A DNA stretch of 64,000 nt. Source: Callorhinchus milii (lineage: Eukaryota). Below are positions 61,986 to 64,000 of this stretch, one piece after another. The translations under genes and the position numbers were made by a program. The notes beneath the pieces are model-generated. The model made no database searches. It had not been told where the DNA came from and saw nothing but the letters and a program-made list of their open reading frames with translations. Every line of letters begins with the position of its first letter. Position 1 is the first letter of the stretch. The stretch covers positions 82,398,001-82,462,000 of the forward strand of contig NW_024704744.1 in the NCBI RefSeq assembly GCF_018977255.1, read 5' to 3'.

Positions 61986-64000
61986 TTAGTCCCCTGGAAA
62001 AACGATCATGATCATTAGTACCCGTGGAAAAGTATACAATAAACACAGGAGATACATAGTGTATCATTCAAACTGAATGCAATTCAAACTGGGAATTGTT
62101 TTCAATGGCATAAAATGCTAGTATTGTGCAAATATGGCTACTTTTCAATGTCATCTGTCTCAGATAGTTAAACATGAAGGACATACCATCTCACCCTTAG
62201 GTCATGTCCAATGTTTCCTTCTATTATTGTCATCTATCAGTAAAAATCCATTTAACAAGATTTCACTCTGAAGAAGTACTGCACATATAATACAGGTATA
62301 TAATGTTAAACAACTGCAGTGAAACATGGAGCATATGGATTGTATGCCATGCTGTTTTATAAAACATTCAAGTGTTTCAGTCTACAACCTGCCAGATCAA
62401 AAATGGAGATGCTAAGCCCTGTCTTGTTTGGAGTCTGAATGTGATTTAAAATAAGTCACTCCAAAAAAGTATTTTCTTTTAACAGAGATTCCCAGATTAA
62501 AAAAACGAAAATAGGCATAAGAGCAAAAATCATTCCTGGCTTTCAACATCTGTTCACTTGACAGAAATAGTCACTGTTCTGCGAGATCTGACTGTACCAC
62601 GGTTATCCTGGAGATTTCAAATAGCTCTCGATTTAGCTGGCTTTTGATTTCATTTTCTTTCTCTTTCAAAAAGCAGACTTTAACTCCTAAACCTGAACAG
62701 AACGGTCTGGAAGTGGGTGCAGTGAACTCCAATTCCCACAACAATTATCAGCTCTGGTGGTACTGTGTATTACTCTACGGGTTAGACCAGCAAACGACTC
62801 AATTCTCTTATTATTTCTCAGGTTAGGTCTGTGGCTGTAGGGTGTTTGAGAGGAGCGACACTCTGACCCAGATACTTTCTGATTCTGGAATAAAGTGAGA
62901 CCTTTGAGCTGTTGTTATTTTTTTGTTGCAGAGCCAGAAAGATAGCACCGGCAATCGTGTGGTTTTAGGCTCGCTGCTAATCAAAGAGTCTGCTGACCTG
63001 GTGTAAAAGATCCCTGGACATTTTATCTACTGATCTATTTAAAAAGGCTAGGAAGAGGAAATGGAGTGAATTTCATTACAACCATCTGAAGGGCTCCAAG
63101 GAAATCTTCTTCTGCAAACTAGTGAAATGTGTTGTACCATTTTAGGAATTCCTCTGAGAATTCTTCTCTGTTCACCTTCCACCGTCATGAGCAGATAACT
63201 TGGAATTTGTAAAGTATTGATCAAATATGGTTAAACTTTCGGCAAAGATGTACAGGACATAGTCCATAATTTTCTTTAATGCAGTCGCTTTATGTACTAT
63301 CTAGTGCTATCTGCTTTCATGATATCTCTCTCTATGAAAAGCATTTGCTAAAGTACTTGGAATTCCTTTCCTGATCAGTAGCTCATTGGTCATGGTTCTG
63401 ATTCCTGTGGACTGAGGTGCTAACACAATGCTTAGCGAGAAACCCTTGGTTCGATCAGCTCGAAAGTATGTGATTTTAAACATATTTAAATGTTCATGAG
63501 TGAAAGCTCTCAGACATTTAAAAACAGGGCAAAATAAAAATGGGGCCAGTGCTTCTGTAACCTCTCATACCCCAGTGGATTCCTGCTAACAGTCTGTGCA
63601 AAATTAATCAGACAACAGTAGTTACCATGAATTGAGCTTATGTGATAGAACTCAACTTACATAAATCAAAGGAATAAAGGAAATCTTGAAATCATTAGTC
63701 TAGGCATAGTAAAGTAGCGTTTACGCTCCACTGATAGATACTTTGGAAATTAGGCTCTCTTCATATTGAAACATTTCACAATGTATTCCTTGTTTGGTGT
63801 TTTAATCGTAATCTTCTGATGGCTACATTGTGGACTACAATTATTTTTGCTGCTACGCAGTAGAGGTTCATTGCTCTACTGGTGACACCTTGATCTATTA
63901 TTTTATACTGGGTTCCGATTGAAATATACAGGGCAAACACATGGTTATTATCACATCAATGCAAAAAAAAATTAAATGATGCTGTGAAGAGCAATAAAAT

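Overview
Eukaryotic, AT-rich, CpG-depleted non-coding DNA. It is not prokaryotic: there are no operons, CRISPR arrays or long ORFs. The repeat content points to a cartilaginous fish, possibly a chimaera such as Callorhinchus (inference from repeat families only). That content includes tRNA-headed Deu-domain SINEs with L2-type tails, L2 and CR1 LINE 3' fragments, and a Penelope-type palindrome typical of sharks. I could not support any intact protein-coding gene or a coherent exon chain. The supplied ORFs are read-throughs of SINE/LINE copies, transposon relics or chance. The window reads as a large intron or gene desert with enhancer-like AT-rich blocks, interleaved with several dozen retroelement fragments. 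The best observations concern mobile-element biology and DNA structure: (1) a TSD-flanked palindrome with a decayed hammerhead-ribozyme core; (2) an L2 inserted into the anticodon loop of a SINE tRNA head, with an 8-bp TSD; (3) microhomology-bounded insertions; (4) SINE subfamilies differing in anticodon; (5) several fold-back elements; (6) Harbinger- and hAT-like relics. I do not see evidence for a new multi-gene system. Boundaries of old repeats are approximate (about 10-30 bp).
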